Shown one piece after another: positions 48,751-59,507 of a stretch of 64,000 nt of DNA. The notes under the pieces are model-generated. The model saw nothing but the letters and a program-made list of their open reading frames with translations. It had not been told where the DNA came from and searched no databases. A program made the translations under genes and the position numbers. Position 1 is the stretch's first letter, and the number at the start of each line of letters is the position of its first letter. Source of the DNA: Candidatus Saccharimonadota bacterium (GTDB lineage: Bacteria > Patescibacteriota > Saccharimonadia > Saccharimonadales > Saccharimonadaceae); contig JAFQXY010000012.1 in NCBI GenBank assembly GCA_017406745.1, positions 4,349 through 68,348 on the forward strand. Reading direction: 5' to 3'.

Positions 48751-49944
48751 ATGAAAGTATTGTGTGTCAACGCTGGCTCATCATCTTTGAAATTCCAGCT
48801 TTATGAAATGCCTGCGGAAATTTCCATCATCAGTGGATACGTTGAAAAAATCGGAGCAAAAGATAGCTTTTATACCATAAAACATGAGGGCAAAAAAACC
48901 GAAGTAGAAAAACCCATCAAGGACCATACCGATGCCGTCAAAATCATGTTAGAAGAATTAGTCAATTACGGCGCAGTCAAAGATCTAGCAGAGATCCGTG
49001 GCGTTGGGCACCGCGTCGTGCACGGTGGCGAAAAATACGCCAATTCTGTAATCATTAATGACGAAGTCATGAAAGACATCAAGGAATTCACCAAATTTGC
49101 ACCCCTGCATCACCCAGGAAACATTGCCGGAATCAAAGCCATGCAAAAAGCCCTTCCAGACGCAATTCAAGTCGCAGTTTTCGATACTGCATTTCATCAA
49201 ACAATCCCAAAAGTTCAATATATGTACCCTGTACCCATGGAATGGTACGAAAAATACGGCGTCAGAAAATACGGCTTTCATGGTACCAGCCATAAATATA
49301 TTACAGAAATCATGCAACAAAAGCTCGGCAAGGAAAACATCAATTTGATTGTATGCCATGTTGGGTCGGGCGCCAGTATTACAGCCGTAAAAGATGGCAA
49401 AAGCTACGACACCACAATGGGCTTAACTCCGCTAGATGGCCTCATGATGGGGACCCGCTCAGGTTCAATCGATCCATCAATTATTAAATATATGGTTGAC
49501 GAATCTGGCATGAAATACGACGAAATCGACAATGCCCTCAATAAAAAATCTGGCCTACTCGGTATTTGTGGCGCCAACGACAACCGCGATGTCGAAAAAG
49601 CCATCAGGGAAGGAAACGAAGACGCTCGCTTAGCTCTTGATATGTATGTAGACCGCATCGTTCGCTACATTGCGGAATATTATCTAGAACTTGGTGGCGA
49701 CGTGGACGCTATCGTCTTTACAGCCGGCGTTCTTGAAAATGGCGCAGAAACCCGTGAATCAATCATCGAAGGGTTATCGCCACTAGGCATCAAAATCAAT
49801 TACGAAGTAAACAACGCCATTGCCAGTTTCAAAGAAATCACCAGCGGTATCATCACAGCAGAAGATTCAACTGTTCCAGTTTACGTCGAGCCAACCAACG
49901 AAGAAGTTATGATTATTCGCGACACCTACAAATTCTGCGAATAA
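48751..49944 (+). CDS. ackA: acetate kinase
   Basis: NAGSSSLK, GHRVVHGG, FDTAFH, KYGFHGTSH, TP..GL.MGTRSG, TNEE. Confidence 0.95.
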   Translation: MKVLCVNAGSSSLKFQLYEMPAEISIISGYVEKIGAKDSFYTIKHEGKKTEVEKPIKDHTDAVKIMLEELVNYGAVKDLAEIRGVGHRVVHGGEKYANSVIINDEVMKDIKEFTKFAPLHHPGNIAGIKAMQKALPDAIQVAVFDTAFHQTIPKVQYMYPVPMEWYEKYGVRKYGFHGTSHKYITEIMQQKLGKENINLIVCHVGSGASITAVKDGKSYDTTMGLTPLDGLMMGTRSGSIDPSIIKYMVDESGMKYDEIDNALNKKSGLLGICGANDNRDVEKAIREGNEDARLALDMYVDRIVRYIAEYYLELGGDVDAIVFTAGVLENGAETRESIIEGLSPLGIKINYEVNNAIASFKEITSGIITAEDSTVPVYVEPTNEEVMIIRDTYKFCE

Positions 49945-49963
49945 ATCATGCTATAATTGTCTT

Positions 49964-50902
49964 ATGTATGTCTCTGATCTAATAGAAGATTTTTTGGAAC
50001 ATCTAGAAATAGAATCTGGCCGTAGTAAAAAAACCATAGAAAACTACCGCCTTTATTTAGAACGTTTCTTAGAACTCTCCCAAGAAATCCTCCAAAAAGA
50101 TGATATCAAACCTAGTGACATCACTAAAGAAGTTCTTCGCAAATATCGTTTAAAACTCAATCGCTACGGTTCGGATAACGGTACCGAAGATCTCCAAACC
50201 ATCACCCAAGCCTACCATCTTATTGCTCTGCGTGGCTTTTTCAAATATCTCTCTCGCCGAGATATTAAATCCCTAGACCCTAATTTAATAGACCTCCCTC
50301 ATATTATCCGCAAACAAGTTACTTTTCTTCATTATGACGAAGTCGAAGATATGCTAGAGCAAATAGACACTTCTACCGAATCGGGCTTAAGAGATCGTGC
50401 TATCATTGAATTACTATATTCTGGTGGCCTACGTGTTTCCGAACTAGTAGGGCTTAATCGCGACTCCATCAATCTTGCGCGTCGTGAATTTGTCGTACGT
50501 GGCAAAGGTAGTAAAGACCGCCCTATTTTCATCAGCGAAGCCTGCGCTGACCGCGTAGCAGAATATTTGGATGCCCGCACCGATTCTCTCCCAGCGCTAT
50601 TTCTTAATAATTCCCGCAACCAACAAACCCCCACCACCAATGGCGACTTTAGACGCATTACCGCTCGCAGTGTAGAACGCATTGTAGAAAAATATGCTCG
50701 CCTCGCCGGCATTACCAAGCATGTCTCCCCGCACACTCTGCGCCACTCTTTTGCTACCGATCTCCTCATGAACGGTGCCGACCTCCGCTCTGTCCAGTCA
50801 TTACTCGGCCACGCCGACGTTTCCACCACTCAAGTCTACACTCACGTCACCGATGCACACCTTCGCGAAATTCACGAAAAGTTCCACAGCGAAACAAAAT
50901 AA
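49964..50902 (+). CDS. XerC/XerD-type tyrosine recombinase
   Basis: GLRVSE, GKG.K.R, HTLRHSFAT, LGH...TT..Y. Confidence 0.92.
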   Translation: MYVSDLIEDFLEHLEIESGRSKKTIENYRLYLERFLELSQEILQKDDIKPSDITKEVLRKYRLKLNRYGSDNGTEDLQTITQAYHLIALRGFFKYLSRRDIKSLDPNLIDLPHIIRKQVTFLHYDEVEDMLEQIDTSTESGLRDRAIIELLYSGGLRVSELVGLNRDSINLARREFVVRGKGSKDRPIFISEACADRVAEYLDARTDSLPALFLNNSRNQQTPTTNGDFRRITARSVERIVEKYARLAGITKHVSPHTLRHSFATDLLMNGADLRSVQSLLGHADVSTTQVYTHVTDAHLREIHEKFHSETK

Positions 50903-50940
50903 CAAGGCTACCAATTATCTACCGTGTTACCAAATCAATA

Positions 50941-51702
50941 TCAGATACCACTACTATAGTTTATTGCGCTAGGATCCATCAGTCTTATTACTGTAGAAAT
51001 CGTACTCGGCCGATCCGCCCCAGGCCCAAACCAACAAGAACGAATATAAAAATCATAGTACGCCGTTTTTTCTACAGTTCCGCTCTTATCTACGATAAGC
51101 GTACTTTCATTATCTTTCACTGGTATTACAAATAGTCCTTTCACGCCAGTTATATTATTTTGAACAAGTGAAGAATTAGCCAAAAGACTATCATTATTAT
51201 TATTATTACCATAATAAATTTGTGGATAGGTTTGTGTTATATCAAATAATTTATCCTCGCCCACATTATTATCTTGCGCTTTTATAATTATATTTGCAGA
51301 GCCAAGCCCCATGTTATGTGTATTTATTATAAAAGCACTTTGGCTAACTAAAGATTTGTTTTCCTCTTTATCATATTCATATATCTCTTCGCACGTAGCA
51401 GGAGCATAATCATCGATATTTAATTTGGCGCCTTCTATCATATAATTCCATAATTCCCGATAAGTAGTATTTCCTGCCAAATTTGTATTTCCACCCGCCA
51501 TATAAGATGAGTGTATAAACCTAATTGCTTCTGCCTGCGCATCTATTTCTTCCCGCGTCAAAGTCAACTCCAACGCAGACTGCGCACTAGATGTACTCCC
51601 GCTTACTACAGATACCACCGCAATCGCCACCATAGAAAATATCCCTATCGCAAGCAAAACCTCTATTAGAGTATCTCCTTTTCGCGAAAATCTGAACTTC
51701 AT
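50941..51702 (-). CDS. PilV-like minor pilin
   Basis: KG|DTLIEV prepilin motif with Asp at +1. Confidence 0.8.
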   Translation of the reverse strand: MKFRFSRKGDTLIEVLLAIGIFSMVAIAVVSVVSGSTSSAQSALELTLTREEIDAQAEAIRFIHSSYMAGGNTNLAGNTTYRELWNYMIEGAKLNIDDYAPATCEEIYEYDKEENKSLVSQSAFIINTHNMGLGSANIIIKAQDNNVGEDKLFDITQTYPQIYYGNNNNNDSLLANSSLVQNNITGVKGLFVIPVKDNESTLIVDKSGTVEKTAYYDFYIRSCWFGPGADRPSTISTVIRLMDPSAINYSSGI

Positions 51703-51709
51703 ATACTTA

Positions 51710-52564
51710 TTATATCAAACTTTTTAGCATTTCTGCAAATGCAAAAACCACCACAAAAGCAATTACTAAAAACGGTCCAAAATAAATCGTATGTTTTTTA
51801 TTTTTTATCACAGTGGGCAACATCACCAAGCACGCCACCAAGTTCGCCACGCAAAGCGCCACCAGCGCCAACCACGCAGAACCCAGTACCAATCCTATTG
51901 CACCAGCCAATATCCAATCGCCATCCCCCACCCATTTGCCTCTTGATATTGCGTATAATAATAAATATACCCCGCCCAGCACCATCACTGCGCCCATTAC
52001 CCCCCCTAAAGATTCTGGAGTCCATTGCCCAACAAGAACCAGACTCCATTGTTTTAGGATTGCGATAATTATAGCACAGATAGCCAAAAAAGTCAAGCAT
52101 AAGCTTGGTAGTTCTCCATAAAGCCCATCATATATCGCCAAAAAACCCGCTATTAAAACAAATAATAATATCATGCCAAATACAGCATAATCCAATGGCA
52201 CCGTTCCGCAAATTCCCAAAACATCATTTTCAAATAATTGCTCTCCGCCAACCCCACAAAGGCTATTTTTAAAACCAAAATACGTCATCACAAAAGCCAC
52301 CCCCATGCCAAATTCTGCTAATATTTCTGCAACTCCAATTTTTTTGCCACATTTACTACATTTACCACCCAAAAATACCCACGAAAAAATCGGAATATTC
52401 TCATACCACCTTAATTTTTTACGGCAATGCATACACACACTCCTGCGCCCCAAAGATTTCTTTTGTCCTAATTCTTTTTGCCTTAATCTTCGCGCGGAGC
52501 AACACAAAAAAGACCCCATCACTGTCCCCACCACAAACATTATTATCACAAAAGCCACTTGCAT
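51710..52564 (-). CDS. pilD: prepilin peptidase
   Basis: GSFL, RS.C..C...L.W.ENIP..S...L.GKC..C, G.GD, FGPFL. Confidence 0.92.
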   Translation of the reverse strand: MQVAFVIIMFVVGTVMGSFLCCSARRLRQKELGQKKSLGRRSVCMHCRKKLRWYENIPIFSWVFLGGKCSKCGKKIGVAEILAEFGMGVAFVMTYFGFKNSLCGVGGEQLFENDVLGICGTVPLDYAVFGMILLFVLIAGFLAIYDGLYGELPSLCLTFLAICAIIIAILKQWSLVLVGQWTPESLGGVMGAVMVLGGVYLLLYAISRGKWVGDGDWILAGAIGLVLGSAWLALVALCVANLVACLVMLPTVIKNKKHTIYFGPFLVIAFVVVFAFAEMLKSLI

Positions 52565-52601
52565 AATTCAATTTTATCACAAAGCATGCTATACTTATAT
52601 T

Positions 52602-53276
52602 ATGAATAAGCATAATAATTCTATCTTAAGTAGTTCCAACAATTTTACCAATATCAACCTTTACCCCGCCCCGCCCAATAAATATCCACCCTTACGCCAA
52701 AACACCACTGGTTTTACCATCATAGAAGTCGCGCTAGTACTAGGTTTAGCTGGGCTTATTTTTGCTATGGTTTTTTTAATCCTACCCACCCTCTGGTCTG
52801 CCGAACGCGATTCCGAACGTCGCGATAATGTTCTAACTTTTATCGATACACTAAAAAACTTCCAATCCAACAACAATCGCGGTGCCCTGCCCAGCATATC
52901 CTTTGATATGGGTGAGCTAAAACCTGTAACAATTACTTATTCCGTAGCTCATAGTGGCGACATTAAAGACAACGACACAACTTGGGCTGGTTTTTACAAA
53001 AACTACTTCCTCAACACAGAAGATCCATTAGATGGCAATTATACTCTTAAAATTTACAACTGTGCACAAAACGATAGCACAAAAAATCTCGATCTAGACC
53101 AACCATGTGAAAACCCATCAGAAAGCACAATCCTAGGAGAAAACTTTGGCGACTTACACATCATTCTCGGCGCCAGATGCGACGGCGCTACTGCCGTAGC
53201 CTCCGCTAATAGTCGCAAAGTCGCCGTCCTCCACAAGCTAGAAGGCTCCAACGGCGTCTACTGCGCCAACAGCTAA
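52602..53276 (+). CDS. type IV pilin paralog with long leader
   Basis: TG|FTIIEV..LP....RD..RR; ATG 6 nt after TGCTATACT. Confidence 0.85.
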   Translation: MNKHNNSILSSSNNFTNINLYPAPPNKYPPLRQNTTGFTIIEVALVLGLAGLIFAMVFLILPTLWSAERDSERRDNVLTFIDTLKNFQSNNNRGALPSISFDMGELKPVTITYSVAHSGDIKDNDTTWAGFYKNYFLNTEDPLDGNYTLKIYNCAQNDSTKNLDLDQPCENPSESTILGENFGDLHIILGARCDGATAVASANSRKVAVLHKLEGSNGVYCANS

Positions 53277-53367
53277 ATATATTTCACAATCTTTAAAAAC
53301 TTCTAGACAAAATAACTACCTTTTACCCCGTTTTTAATTCAAAACTACTTTCACTTTTCCATATAAT

Positions 53368-53403
53368 ACAAAATATCCCCTCTTATATAAGGGGATATTT
53401 TGT
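53368..53403. terminator. bidirectional terminator
   Basis: ACAAAATATCCCCT/AGGGGATATTTTGT. Confidence 0.8.
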
Positions 53404-53435
53404 GAACATTTTTATAACAAACTAACTAGTCTTCA

Positions 53436-54014
53436 TTAGTTAGTATTAGTATTAGTATTACCACCAGTACTATTTTTGTCATTAACATTCGCATTGTTGT
53501 CTTGACAATACGTACCGGCACCTTCCAGATGACCATAGATAGCATAAGATCGCACTGCAGAATCTGCCTTAGGGACAGAATTACCTTTAGCATCAGTGCC
53601 TCCACAGTTAGCCTTTGTCACAATAAACACTTGTGAACCAAAACCTTCTTTGGTAGAAACATCTGGAACGTTAGAACCTAGCTGATCATATGGGAATACC
53701 ACCAACTCATATTTATAGCCGTTAGGATCAGTCCCCTCTTCATTAATCCAAGCAGATGCATCCAATTCACAACCACTCGTAGACCCCCATTTTGACGTAC
53801 AGTCCGTAATCTTCGTCAACTTCCCTCCATTATTCGTAATATAACTCTGTACCGCCGAAGACAACATAGAGTAATCATTTCGCCTCTGCGTATCGCGCTG
53901 TGACCTTTGCAACGCCGGCAAAGCAATAAACACCATCAAAAAAATCAAACCAGCAATTGCCAGCACCAACACTACCTCAATAATGGTAAAACCTTTCTTT
54001 TTTATATTTGTCAT
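53436..54014 (-). CDS. probable major type IV pilin
   Basis: KG|FTIIEVVLVLAIAGLIFLMVFIALPALQR.QRD..RR; downstream of pilC; strong terminator. Confidence 0.88.
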   Translation of the reverse strand: MTNIKKKGFTIIEVVLVLAIAGLIFLMVFIALPALQRSQRDTQRRNDYSMLSSAVQSYITNNGGKLTKITDCTSKWGSTSGCELDASAWINEEGTDPNGYKYELVVFPYDQLGSNVPDVSTKEGFGSQVFIVTKANCGGTDAKGNSVPKADSAVRSYAIYGHLEGAGTYCQDNNANVNDKNSTGGNTNTNTN

Positions 54015-54083
54015 TTTTATCCTTTCTAATATTTTAACCTATTCTAATCATAACCCAAATCATTATAAAAAGCAATAACTTTT

Positions 54084-55295
54084 TTACGCCGCAACAGAAT
54101 TCACTAATGAATAAATCGGAAGCAGTGTACCACCTACTACTACGCCAATCAGACCCGCCATAATCACCATCAAAATTGGCTCAATCATTGTGGAAATATT
54201 ATTGATTTGCTCATCTAGCTCATTTTCATATACTTGCGCCGCCTTACCCAACATTTCATCAATTTTACCAGACTGCTCACCAATTCCCGCCATCTGTGGG
54301 ACCAAAGGCAACATGTATTCCAATCCTTGCATGGACTCAGACAAACTTTTACCACCTTTTATCCCCTCCAGAGTTTTGGAATATTCATCTTCTACCACCT
54401 TGTTGCTTACCGCATCAATAGATATTTGGATAGAATCTAGCATCGGCACACCAGTAGCCAACATCATCTCTGCCGTCCGCGCAAATCGCGACACATATAA
54501 CTTCCTAAACAATGCACCAAAAATCGGTACGTGTATCTTAAACGAATCCGCCACTCTGCGCCCCATCGGAGTCCTTTTCACCGCATAAAAACATCCTACA
54601 ATCACCCCTACCACTATCACCAGTACCAACCACCAAAACTCCCCAAAAAACTCTGTCATGTTTACCAAAAACTGCGTCAACCCAGGTAATTCTTCACCCA
54701 TGTCTGAATATAGATTTTGCACTTGCGGTACCACTGCTATCATCATAAATGCCAACACCGCAATAATCACCACCAAAATAATTGCCGGATACACCAAGGC
54801 TCCACGAATTTTAGACATCATCGCTGCATCTTTTTCTTCTTGGTCCGCCAAGCGCTTCAAAGCCAAATCCAAAGTACCAGATTTTTCACCCGCTTGTATC
54901 AATGCCAAATACACCCCGTTAAACACATCTGGGTATTGTGAAAACGCCTCGTACAAGCTTTTGCCAGATTCTACCGCCGTAATAATTTCCTCAGCAATTT
55001 GCTTCATGCCCTTACCCTGTGTCTGCTCTGCCACCGTACGTAACGATGCCGAAAGTGGTAACCCCGCACCAATTAGTGTAGCAAGTTGCCTAGTAAACAT
55101 GATACGGTCTTTAGTAGTTACACGATTTTTTGCCTTGGTAAATAATCCACCCGCACCCTCCTCTACTACGGATTCGGGGATATAGCCCTGTTCCAACAAA
55201 AGACGCCCAGCCGTCTGCTCATTATCCGCCTGAATATTACCTTTTATTATCTTGCCGGTTTTCTTATCCTTTGCCTTGTAATTAAAACGCTTCAT
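54084..55295 (-). CDS. pilC: T4P platform protein PilC (GspF family)
   Basis: FTRQLAT.I.AG.P, GE.SG.L, AL.YP, IEP. Confidence 0.93.
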   Translation of the reverse strand: MKRFNYKAKDKKTGKIIKGNIQADNEQTAGRLLLEQGYIPESVVEEGAGGLFTKAKNRVTTKDRIMFTRQLATLIGAGLPLSASLRTVAEQTQGKGMKQIAEEIITAVESGKSLYEAFSQYPDVFNGVYLALIQAGEKSGTLDLALKRLADQEEKDAAMMSKIRGALVYPAIILVVIIAVLAFMMIAVVPQVQNLYSDMGEELPGLTQFLVNMTEFFGEFWWLVLVIVVGVIVGCFYAVKRTPMGRRVADSFKIHVPIFGALFRKLYVSRFARTAEMMLATGVPMLDSIQISIDAVSNKVVEDEYSKTLEGIKGGKSLSESMQGLEYMLPLVPQMAGIGEQSGKIDEMLGKAAQVYENELDEQINNISTMIEPILMVIMAGLIGVVVGGTLLPIYSLVNSVAA

Positions 55296-55302
55296 ATTAG
55301 CT

Positions 55303-56406
55303 CTACCCCTTAATTAACCGATTTAGCTCCTCTATATTTACCGCATAATCACGTGCCGAATCGTAACTTACCTCGCCATTTTGCACCAACTTTGCCAATG
55401 TTCTGTCCATCGTTTGCATACCTTGTTCTATACCGGTTTGGATCACTGTATCCAGCTGATACGTCTTGCCTTCACGAATCAAAGACCTCACTGCCGAATT
55501 TGCCACCATTATCTCTGCCGCCACTACACGCCCGCCTGAAATCGCCGGCACTAACCTCTGAGAACATATTGCTTGCAACATATTAGATAACTGTGACCTC
55601 ACTTGCGGTTGCTGATGTGCCGGAAATACGTCTACCATACGATCTATAGATTGCGCCGCCGAATTTGTATGTAGCGTAGCAAATACCAAATGCCCAGTTT
55701 CTGCAATTGTAATCGCAGCTTGAATTGTTTCTAAATCACGCATCTCGCCAATCAGCACCACATCTGGGTCCTCACGCAAAGCAGACCTTAGCGCCGCCGA
55801 AAAACTAAAAGTATCATAATGCACTTCCCTTTGCACAATTACAGATTTCTGCGATTTATGCGTAAACTCAATTGGGTCCTCTATCGTAATAATATGTACG
55901 GATTTCTCACGATTAATCTTATCAATTAGCGCAGCTAAAGTAGTAGACTTACCAGAACCAGTTGGGCCAGTCACCAACACCAAACCTCGCGGAAAATCTG
56001 CAAAAGTCTCCACTACTGGAGGCATACCCAACTCACCAATTGATTTTATTTCATTTGGAATCAACCGGAAAGCCCCTGCCATTTTGCCTCGCTCATGAAA
56101 GATATTTACACGAAACCTCGCAATATCACCAAAAGCAAACGAATAATCAAACTCTTTATCTTTTAAATAAATCTTTTGTTGCTCATCGTCCAAAGTCGCA
56201 AAAATTATGTCATGGAGCATCTTCTCATTTAGTGCTGGCATGCCATTTATCGGCATCAAAGCTCCGTCTACACGCAAAATTGGCGGTAAACCATATTGTA
56301 TATGCAAATCCGACGCTTTTCTCCGAATGCACTCTTCCAACAAAAACTCTATCTTTGGCTGTTGTGCCTGCGCTACTGATTGTATTATTTGCCCACTACT
56401 TTCCAT
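55303..56406 (-). CDS. pilT: T4P retraction ATPase PilT
   Basis: GPTGSGKSTT, EDPIE, ALREDPD, GEMRD, AETGH, A.RSLIRE. Confidence 0.94.
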   Translation of the reverse strand: MESSGQIIQSVAQAQQPKIEFLLEECIRRKASDLHIQYGLPPILRVDGALMPINGMPALNEKMLHDIIFATLDDEQQKIYLKDKEFDYSFAFGDIARFRVNIFHERGKMAGAFRLIPNEIKSIGELGMPPVVETFADFPRGLVLVTGPTGSGKSTTLAALIDKINREKSVHIITIEDPIEFTHKSQKSVIVQREVHYDTFSFSAALRSALREDPDVVLIGEMRDLETIQAAITIAETGHLVFATLHTNSAAQSIDRMVDVFPAHQQPQVRSQLSNMLQAICSQRLVPAISGGRVVAAEIMVANSAVRSLIREGKTYQLDTVIQTGIEQGMQTMDRTLAKLVQNGEVSYDSARDYAVNIEELNRLIKG

Positions 56407-56444
56407 ATTCACATTATATCATAACCGTTATCAAAATAAAAGTA

Positions 56445-58208
56445 CTAAGACAAATCACTCGCCACTCTGTTTACCTCGTCAATCGTGGTTATACCAGAAA
56501 GCACTTTTAATATTCCATCTTGTCGCATTGTCACAGTACCTTTGCTTCGTGCCAACCGCATAATCTCCGCTGCTGTTGCGTGCGACACAATCAATTTTTG
56601 GATATCCTCATCTACATCAATTGTTTCATACAAACCCGCTCGCCCTTTGTAGCCACCGGGTGTTTCTTTGGTATCCATACCTTTAGCCAACATATAATAA
56701 TTGTCATTTTTTACTGGCAACCCAGGGTAACCTAAATCCTCACTTACTCTAGCTACTTCGACTTGATCTTTTGGCAATAAATCGCCCATAATATCATTAA
56801 TACTTTTTGTTTCAATTTCCGAAGACTTATACATCTCACGTTTCTCAGTAATACGCCGTACCAGCCTTTGTCCAATTACCACATTTAAAGTAGACGCAAG
56901 CAAAAATGGTTCAATGCCCATATCCAATAACCTCGGCAAAATACCAGCCGCCGAATTTGTATGCAAAGTAGAAAACACCAAATGGCCCGTCAAGGCCGCC
57001 TGCACCGCCAATTGCGCCGTTTCCCCATCACGAATTTCCCCCACCATTACCACATCGGGGTCTTGCCGGAGAATAGACCTAAGCCCCGAAGCAAAAGTCA
57101 ACCCCGCGTCCACGTTTACTTGAATTTGATTAATTCCATCCATCTTGTATTCTACTGGGTCTTCCAAAGTGACAATATTTATTTCCTCGGACTTTATTTC
57201 TTGAATTAGCGCATACAAAGTAGTAGATTTCCCAGACCCCGTCGGGCCAGAAGTTAGTATCATACCATTTGGCTCCCGAATTCCTTTCATTACGGATCTC
57301 AACGCCCTACCACTCATTCCCATTTTTGCAATACTCATGGCTGTCCCCTCTTTATCCAATAAACGAATTACCACTTGCTCCCCCCAAGTTACCGGCGAAA
57401 TCGCAATACGCAAATCAATCTCCTTATCATCAACCAACACAGTAAACTGCCCATCCTGCGGTATACGATGTTCATCAATCTTCAAATTAGACAGAATCTT
57501 GATTCTAGACACCAACGCTGGCGCCACCGCCTTTGGTAAATCCATAATCTTTCTAAGTACCCCATCAATCCTACACCGTATGATCAAAGAGTTCTCTAGT
57601 GGCTCAATATGGATATCCGACGCTTTTGTCTTAGCTGCATAACTCAAAATTGTAGTCAAAGCTTTGGATATTGGTGAATCCTGCACGATAGTTTTTACGT
57701 TGTTTTGCTCACGCTCTGCTTCTTCCGCCTTAGTCTCTTTCACTGCCTCTGTCACACCAGAAAAATCACCATGATTTTTCTCTATCATCTCCCGTACACC
57801 AGCTTCAGAAGACATCCATACACGTATTGGCCGGTTAATCAAATTAGAAAGATAATCCGTAGCTTGCACATTTGTTACATCTACCATGGCCACATTTAAT
57901 ATGCCATCTTTTTCGCCTATAGGTGTAGCCAATATTCTCATCGCTGCATCACGCGGGATCATTTGTAAGATATCTTGATCTATCGTAATGCCTTTTAATT
58001 CTATATACGGCACACCCAATATTATTGCCGTAGCATGGGCTACCATATCATCCGTGATTAGATTTTGTTTCAAAAGCTCTTGCAGTACAGATTGCCCAGC
58101 CATACCAGCTTTGTCTTGCACATCTTTCACCAAACCAGCATCCGCCAACCCCTCCGCCAGCAACATCTGTATTACTTTATCTTCAGCTTCTCTAGTTAAA
58201 AGAGCCAT
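56445..58208 (-). CDS. pilB: T4P assembly ATPase PilB (GspE family)
   Basis: ASDIHIEP, PQDG, GPTGSGKSTT, LRQDPD, GEIRD, GY.GR. Confidence 0.94.
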   Translation of the reverse strand: MALLTREAEDKVIQMLLAEGLADAGLVKDVQDKAGMAGQSVLQELLKQNLITDDMVAHATAIILGVPYIELKGITIDQDILQMIPRDAAMRILATPIGEKDGILNVAMVDVTNVQATDYLSNLINRPIRVWMSSEAGVREMIEKNHGDFSGVTEAVKETKAEEAEREQNNVKTIVQDSPISKALTTILSYAAKTKASDIHIEPLENSLIIRCRIDGVLRKIMDLPKAVAPALVSRIKILSNLKIDEHRIPQDGQFTVLVDDKEIDLRIAISPVTWGEQVVIRLLDKEGTAMSIAKMGMSGRALRSVMKGIREPNGMILTSGPTGSGKSTTLYALIQEIKSEEINIVTLEDPVEYKMDGINQIQVNVDAGLTFASGLRSILRQDPDVVMVGEIRDGETAQLAVQAALTGHLVFSTLHTNSAAGILPRLLDMGIEPFLLASTLNVVIGQRLVRRITEKREMYKSSEIETKSINDIMGDLLPKDQVEVARVSEDLGYPGLPVKNDNYYMLAKGMDTKETPGGYKGRAGLYETIDVDEDIQKLIVSHATAAEIMRLARSKGTVTMRQDGILKVLSGITTIDEVNRVASDLS

Positions 58209-58628
58209 CTACTCCTCCGTTCTGGTATTGCCACTTTGGCTGGCGCCACCATTTTGGCTAGTATTACCGTCCTGGCTACTATCCCCACCTTCATTATTAC
58301 TTGAGTTATCATTTTGGTTAGTATTGTCGTTTTCATCCGTAGCATCTTTATCCGTTTCATCATTACTATTTGTTTGGTATTGATCATCTATACACTCGTT
58401 ATTTTCGTTATATTTTTTACATTCACCCACATATACTTCTACCGTAGGATTTAGCGCCCGATAATTGAATATTTCTTCATCTGGTTGTGTCAAATTATAC
58501 GAATCACTTGTGCCTAATACCGAAAACCCCACCGCCGGTATTTCTGGCAACAACAAATTACACACAAAATACGCCGCCACTACACCAACTACTCCCGCCA
58601 AAATTGATGTTGCTAAATCTGTTTTCAT
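58209..58628 (-). CDS. T4P operon membrane protein (PilP position)
   Basis: TM; PD..IFN..A.NPT; low-complexity tail. Confidence 0.7.
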   Translation of the reverse strand: MKTDLATSILAGVVGVVAAYFVCNLLLPEIPAVGFSVLGTSDSYNLTQPDEEIFNYRALNPTVEVYVGECKKYNENNECIDDQYQTNSNDETDKDATDENDNTNQNDNSSNNEGGDSSQDGNTSQNGGASQSGNTRTEE

Positions 58629-59506
58629 TTTGTTCCTCCAGGTTTCATATTTTTAGCAGTTGGTACTAAATTTGTTTCGTCCATATAATACGCTGTTGCT
58701 TGCGCCTGCAAAATCAATGTTTCATTACTGCCCCACTCAATAGTAGCCCTCTCAATATTGAACTCTCTAATAGAACGCTCTATATTGCTAAGTACTTCCA
58801 TTGTGGTGTCAGTGCCAGCCTCTACCGCTAGTCTCACCGAAATCGCATTTAGCCCTGTACCAAAATCAGCAACCGTAGCATTACCAGTAGGACTTAATGA
58901 ATCCGGTCTCCATCCAGAAACCAAGAAAATCTTATCAAGGCTCGCCAGTAACGCTTCCTCGTTTTTAAGTGCAGGCAAAGCATCTGGAATAATTCTCAAC
59001 GCCGAACACTTTCTAATCAAAGCACTCGCCGAATTCATTTGCACACTATCTTCGTTTGCCGAAGCTATTCTGTATAAATCACTCATCTCATTGTAAGTGT
59101 AATTTTTGCCAGTAGCAGAATTTATGCATTCAGATGTACTCTCTTTTGGCACCGAAGCCAAGTTCTCATTATTAGCCATACCTTCTAGAATATTATAACG
59201 CAAAGTATTTGGTACATCCTCCGCACTGATACTATCTGGGTTACAGTTTTTTAGCTCATCCATCGTGTAAGATTCACCACTTGGTTTTTTACAGATTCCA
59301 ATATTTTTAATTGTATCACTATAACTCACTATAGCTTTTTCCTCCTCTGCAATCACGCTAGAGTTAAAAGATATTTGCTCCACAAATCTCTGTACCAGCG
59401 CCACCGCTAGCCCCAACATTACCGACGCCCCAAGCACCGCCAACAACATATATTGCTGTGCTTGTGATATCTTAGCCCTTTTTCCAATTGCTACTTCTTT
59501 TGCCAT
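58625..59506 (-). CDS. PilO-like alignment protein
   Basis: TM, DALP, ERSIR, A..YY; AGGAGG SD; follows pilN. Confidence 0.72.
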   Translation of the reverse strand: MAKEVAIGKRAKISQAQQYMLLAVLGASVMLGLAVALVQRFVEQISFNSSVIAEEEKAIVSYSDTIKNIGICKKPSGESYTMDELKNCNPDSISAEDVPNTLRYNILEGMANNENLASVPKESTSECINSATGKNYTYNEMSDLYRIASANEDSVQMNSASALIRKCSALRIIPDALPALKNEEALLASLDKIFLVSGWRPDSLSPTGNATVADFGTGLNAISVRLAVEAGTDTTMEVLSNIERSIREFNIERATIEWGSNETLILQAQATAYYMDETNLVPTAKNMKPGGTK

Positions 59507-59507
59507 T

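Noticed and set aside
52305-52601. Long N-terminal extensions in the ORF track (also 14024, 13871, 59575, 61999)
   Set aside because: They overlap other genes or promoters; downstream ATGs fit the leaderless spacing or an SD
53436-53460. TTAGTA short tandem repeat
   Set aside because: Simply encodes the pilin's NTNTNTN tail in frame
49964-54014. Xer-driven pilin inversion between convergent pilin paralogs (shared GGTTTTACCAT)
   Set aside because: Identity is only about 11 bp at the conserved GFTI codons, both genes follow the local strand skew (long-term fixed orientation), and the recombinase looks like the housekeeping Xer
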